Positions 61,418-64,000 of a stretch of 64,000 nucleotides of DNA are shown piece by piece. A program made the position numbers and the translations under genes. The stretch is from Acidimicrobiales bacterium (GTDB lineage Bacteria; Actinomycetota; Acidimicrobiia; Acidimicrobiales; Bog-793): positions 27,116 through 91,115 of the forward strand of contig DATLTN010000061.1 in the NCBI GenBank assembly GCA_035533595.1, in the 5' to 3' direction. How positions within the stretch are numbered: the stretch's first letter is position 1; each line of letters opens with the position of its first letter. Under the pieces are notes generated by a model. It did no database searches and was not told where the DNA came from. It saw only the letters and a list, made by a program, of their open reading frames with translations.

Positions 61418-61651
61418 CTACGACGCCCCGAAGCCGACGCGGCGGGCGTCGTCGGCGCCGATCTCGACGTAGGCGATGCGCGCCACCGGGACCGCGACCT
61501 GGCGGCCCCGCTTGTCGGTCAGCCACAGCACCCCGTCGCTGTCGGCGAGGGCCTTGTCGATGCGCCCGTGCACGGCGTCCTGGCTCTCGCCTTCGGCGAG
61601 CTCGATGTCGAGCTCTCTCGGTGCCTGGATGATGCCGATCCGCAGGTCCAC
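61418..61651 (-). CDS. DUF3107-like small protein (family name from memory)
   Basis: Last 77 aa of ORF 61418..62512. VDLRIGIIQAPRELDIEL...VLWLTDKRGRQVAVPVARIAYVEIG. AAAGGAG SD 6 nt before GTG 61651. Confidence 0.7.
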   Translation of the reverse strand: MDLRIGIIQAPRELDIELAEGESQDAVHGRIDKALADSDGVLWLTDKRGRQVAVPVARIAYVEIGADDARRVGFGAS

Positions 61652-61790
61652 GTGCGCTCCTTTTTCGTCGGCCGCCATCGTAGACAGAGGGGGAGGCGGC
61701 GCCGACCCGCCGGGCGCCGGCGTGGGCGGCCGCGAGACGCGAAATCCCTGCTGACGGTAGGATGGGGGTGAATCGACGAGGGGAGGCACC

Positions 61791-62306
61791 ATGTGGGCGA
61801 TCGCCGGCGTGCTGCTCGGACTTGTCGCCGTCGCGTCGCTCGTCGGCTTCCACGCCGGGCCGCACAGCCACGCCTTCGCCGGCGGGGTCGGCCTCGTCGC
61901 CGCGGTGTGGCTGGTGGTGATGGCCCTCACCGGGCAGTCGGGGCCGCTGCTCTGGCTCTTCTTCGGCGCCGACGTCGCCGTCTCCGCCGCGGTCGGCACC
62001 GCGGCCTGGAAGGGGCTGCAGGCCGCCCACCAGGTCCCCGCCGTGCAGCCGACGCGCCTCGAGGGCGCGCACGGCCACGCGCTCGTCGACCTTAACCCCG
62101 AGGGCACCGTGCGGGTGCGCGGCGAGACCTGGTCGGCGCGCTCGCTGAACGGGCGCATCGCCGCGGGGAGCGAGGTGCAGGTGATCAACGCCAAAGGGGT
62201 GCGCCTCGAGGTGTGGGGCGAGGGCAACGTCGGGCACCCGCCCTTCGCCCTCGGTGATGCCGGGCTCGACGACAGCTCGGACAATGGGAGGACGGCTTCA
62301 TCATGA
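61791..62306 (+). CDS. NfeD family membrane protein
   Basis: Hydrophobic N-terminal helices plus a C-terminal OB-like segment (G.A.VDL.P.G.VRV.GE.W.A). ATGA overlap with the SPFH gene. Confidence 0.8.
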   Translation: MWAIAGVLLGLVAVASLVGFHAGPHSHAFAGGVGLVAAVWLVVMALTGQSGPLLWLFFGADVAVSAAVGTAAWKGLQAAHQVPAVQPTRLEGAHGHALVDLNPEGTVRVRGETWSARSLNGRIAAGSEVQVINAKGVRLEVWGEGNVGHPPFALGDAGLDDSSDNGRTASS

Positions 62307-63262
62307 TTGGGATCATCGTCGGCGTGGCGGTCTTCGCCGCCCTCATCGGCCTCGGGACCTCCGTACGGATCGTCCGCGAGTACCAGCGCATCGTGCTCTT
62401 CCGCCTCGGGCGCGTCATCGGGGTGAAGGGGCCCGGGCTGATCTTCCTCAACCCGATCACCGACCGCACCTCGCTCGTCGACCTCCGCGAGCAGTACCTG
62501 GAGGTCCCCCACCAGACCGCGATCACCGCGGACAACGCGCCGATCTCGATCGACTTCATCATCTTCTACAAGGTCGTCGACGCCTCGATGTCGGTCGTCG
62601 CGGTGCAGAACTTCGCCGGTGCGGCGCTCAACGTCGCGGCGACGACGCTGCGCAGCGTCGTCGGCGACATGCCGCTCGACGACGTGCTCTCCAAGCGCGA
62701 CGACATGAACGCGCTGCTGCGGGTGCGCCTCGACGAGGTCACCGAGCGCTGGGGCGTGAAGGTCACCAACGTCGAGGTCCGCGAGGTCAACCCGCCGCCT
62801 GGTGTCCTCGAGGCGATGACCCGCCAGATGTCGGCCGAGCGGACCCGCCGCGCGCAGGTCACCGAGGCCGAGGGGCAGAAGTCGGCGGCGATCCTCTCCG
62901 CGGAAGGTGAGCGGCAGGCGAAGATCACCCTCGCCGAAGGCCAGCAGAAGGCGGCGATCCTCGCCGCCGAAGGTGAGCGGCAGTCGGCGCTCTTGAAGGC
63001 GCAGGGCTTCTCGGGCGGCCTCGAGACGATCCTCGGCGTGGCGAAGGGCCTCGACGAGAACACCCTCCTCCTCCAGTACCTGGAGACCCTGAAGCAGATC
63101 GGTGCCTCGCCCTCCACCAAGCTCGTCGTCCCGATGGAGCTCGGCGGGCTGCTGAACGGGCTGCGGGCCCTCATGCCCGCCGCCCCCTCGAGCAACGGCG
63201 CGAAGGCCCCCGAGGCAAAGGTCGCCGAGCCGAAGGCCGTGGAGGGCGCGACGCGCGACTGA
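62303..63262 (+). CDS. SPFH/band-7 (stomatin-like) protein
   Basis: N-terminal TM helix, VREYQR.V.FRLGR, TADNAPISIDF, and a Glu/Ala/Gln-rich coiled-coil tail. Confidence 0.92.
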   Translation: MIGIIVGVAVFAALIGLGTSVRIVREYQRIVLFRLGRVIGVKGPGLIFLNPITDRTSLVDLREQYLEVPHQTAITADNAPISIDFIIFYKVVDASMSVVAVQNFAGAALNVAATTLRSVVGDMPLDDVLSKRDDMNALLRVRLDEVTERWGVKVTNVEVREVNPPPGVLEAMTRQMSAERTRRAQVTEAEGQKSAAILSAEGERQAKITLAEGQQKAAILAAEGERQSALLKAQGFSGGLETILGVAKGLDENTLLLQYLETLKQIGASPSTKLVVPMELGGLLNGLRALMPAAPSSNGAKAPEAKVAEPKAVEGATRD

Positions 63263-63274
63263 GCGCCGCGGCGG

Positions 63275-64000
63275 TCAGGCCCGCCGGCCCCCCGGCACGT
63301 CCACCCCGCGCGGCAGCCGGGCGATCGGCCAGCCGAGGCGCTCGACCGCGAGGTCAAAGGCGTAGCGGTCGGTCATCCCGGCGACGTAGCTGACGGCGGC
63401 CGTGGTGCGCGCCGTGTCGTCGGCGTCGGCCGGGAGGGCGCCCGCCATCGCCTGCGGGCGGCTCGCGAAGTACTCGACGAGGGCGCGCAACACCGCGATC
63501 ACGCTCGCCGCCTGCGCGACGGACTCCTCGCGGAGGTAGACCCGCTCGTAGTTGAAGCGGCGGAACTCGGCGAGGCCGTCGGCGAGGGGGGCGGGCATCA
63601 GCACCTCGCCGGCCGCCGCGCTCGTCGTGACGAGGGCGTCGACGAAGGCCCCGAGCTGGTCGCTGCGGCGACTCCCGCAGCGCTCGCGCACCACCGCGGG
63701 CAGCTCGCCCGCGGCGACGACCCCCGCGGAGACGGCGTCCTCGAAGTCATGGCAGACGTAGGCGATGCGGTCCGCCCAGCTCACCACCTCCCCCTCGGGG
63801 GTGCGCGGCGCGGGGCGGGACCAGGAGTGGTTGCGGATCCCGTCGGCGACCTCGGCGGTGAGGTTGAGCGAGGCGAGGGCGACGTCGGCGCCGAAGACGG
63901 CGTGGTCGAAGCCCCCCTCGAGGTAGGGGGTGAAGGCGTCCTCGCTGGCGTGGCCGCCGGGGCCGTGGCCGCAGTCGTGGCCGAGGGCGATCGCCTCGGC
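63275..64000 (-). CDS. dgt: dGTPase-like HD-domain triphosphohydrolase (N-terminus beyond the window end)
   Basis: The frame stays open to position 64000. My translation gives ...ALGHDCGHGPGGH...SWADRIAYVCHDFEDA...YVAGMTDRYA. Confidence 0.82.
   Translation of the reverse strand, partial: AEAIALGHDCGHGPGGHASEDAFTPYLEGGFDHAVFGADVALASLNLTAEVADGIRNHSWSRPAPRTPEGEVVSWADRIAYVCHDFEDAVSAGVVAAGELPAVVRERCGSRRSDQLGAFVDALVTTSAAAGEVLMPAPLADGLAEFRRFNYERVYLREESVAQAASVIAVLRALVEYFASRPQAMAGALPADADDTARTTAAVSYVAGMTDRYAFDLAVERLGWPIARLPRGVDVPGGRRA

Noticed and set aside
1-64000. Mobile elements, prophage, defence islands, toxin-antitoxin pairs, rRNA or tRNA genes.
   Set aside because: No transposase, integrase, recombinase, phage structural, restriction or Cas-like motif was seen in any frame. 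The inverted repeat at 2623/2887 has no flanking target-site duplication. The only compositional outlier is the repeat-protein gene and its promoter region.

Overview
This is a very GC-rich chromosomal segment (about 70-74% by hand counts of sample lines) with Actinomycetota-type gene content, and it is almost fully coding. I support 56 protein genes: two are truncated at the window edges and one appears frameshifted. I found no rRNA, tRNA, CRISPR array, transposase or integrase. Most of the very long ORFs in the six-frame track are Arg/Pro/Gly/Ala-rich antisense or out-of-frame shadows of the real genes. Many real genes start well inside the listed ORF. I reset those starts using stop-start overlaps (GTGA, ATGA, TTGA, once CTGA, plus 1- and 8-nt overlaps), which occur at about 15 junctions. 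Gene content from left to right: (1) hflX-dapF-miaA. (2) Trm112-like, manB and a CPBP protease. (3) ftsH. (4) A 14-gene minus-strand envelope-glycan array: birA, rmlB, rmlD, wbbL-like, a Ser/Thr-tailed membrane protein, manC, an epimerase, cofD, cofE, two GT4, an epimerase, a giant polytopic GT2 and a DUF5719-like protein. (5) Acyl-CoA carboxylase alpha plus an M20 peptidase. (6) GNAT and MmcQ-like genes. (7) A MacB-type ABC exporter behind a consensus promoter and palindrome. (8) YciI plus an ECF sigma factor. (9) A rhodanese-ThiF fusion. (10) Nitroreductase, EamA (frameshift), FKBP, LLM oxidoreductase, S9 peptidase and a DinB-like protein. (11) An accessory-looking patch: a secreted protein, an orphan 219-aa protein and an 803-aa secreted protein with seven Cys-pair repeats. 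(12) metH. (13) Thioredoxin-TPR, folP-like, holA and an IMPase. (14) H+-PPase. (15) MBOAT plus SGNH. (16) whiB convergent with pdtaS, then a PHP phosphatase. (17) Two ArsA/Get3-like ATPases plus DUF3107. (18) NfeD-SPFH. (19) dgt. The best candidates for something undescribed are: the seven-repeat secreted protein; the ArsA-like pair, which has reciprocally degenerate nucleotide-binding motifs and is joined by a 14-nt tandem duplication that creates a relay of micro-ORFs; the polytopic GT2 plus DUF5719 module; a 265-nt element upstream of miaA closed by an inverted repeat; and a rhodanese-ThiF protein with inverted domain order. All family names come from motif recognition by eye and memory; no database search was run.
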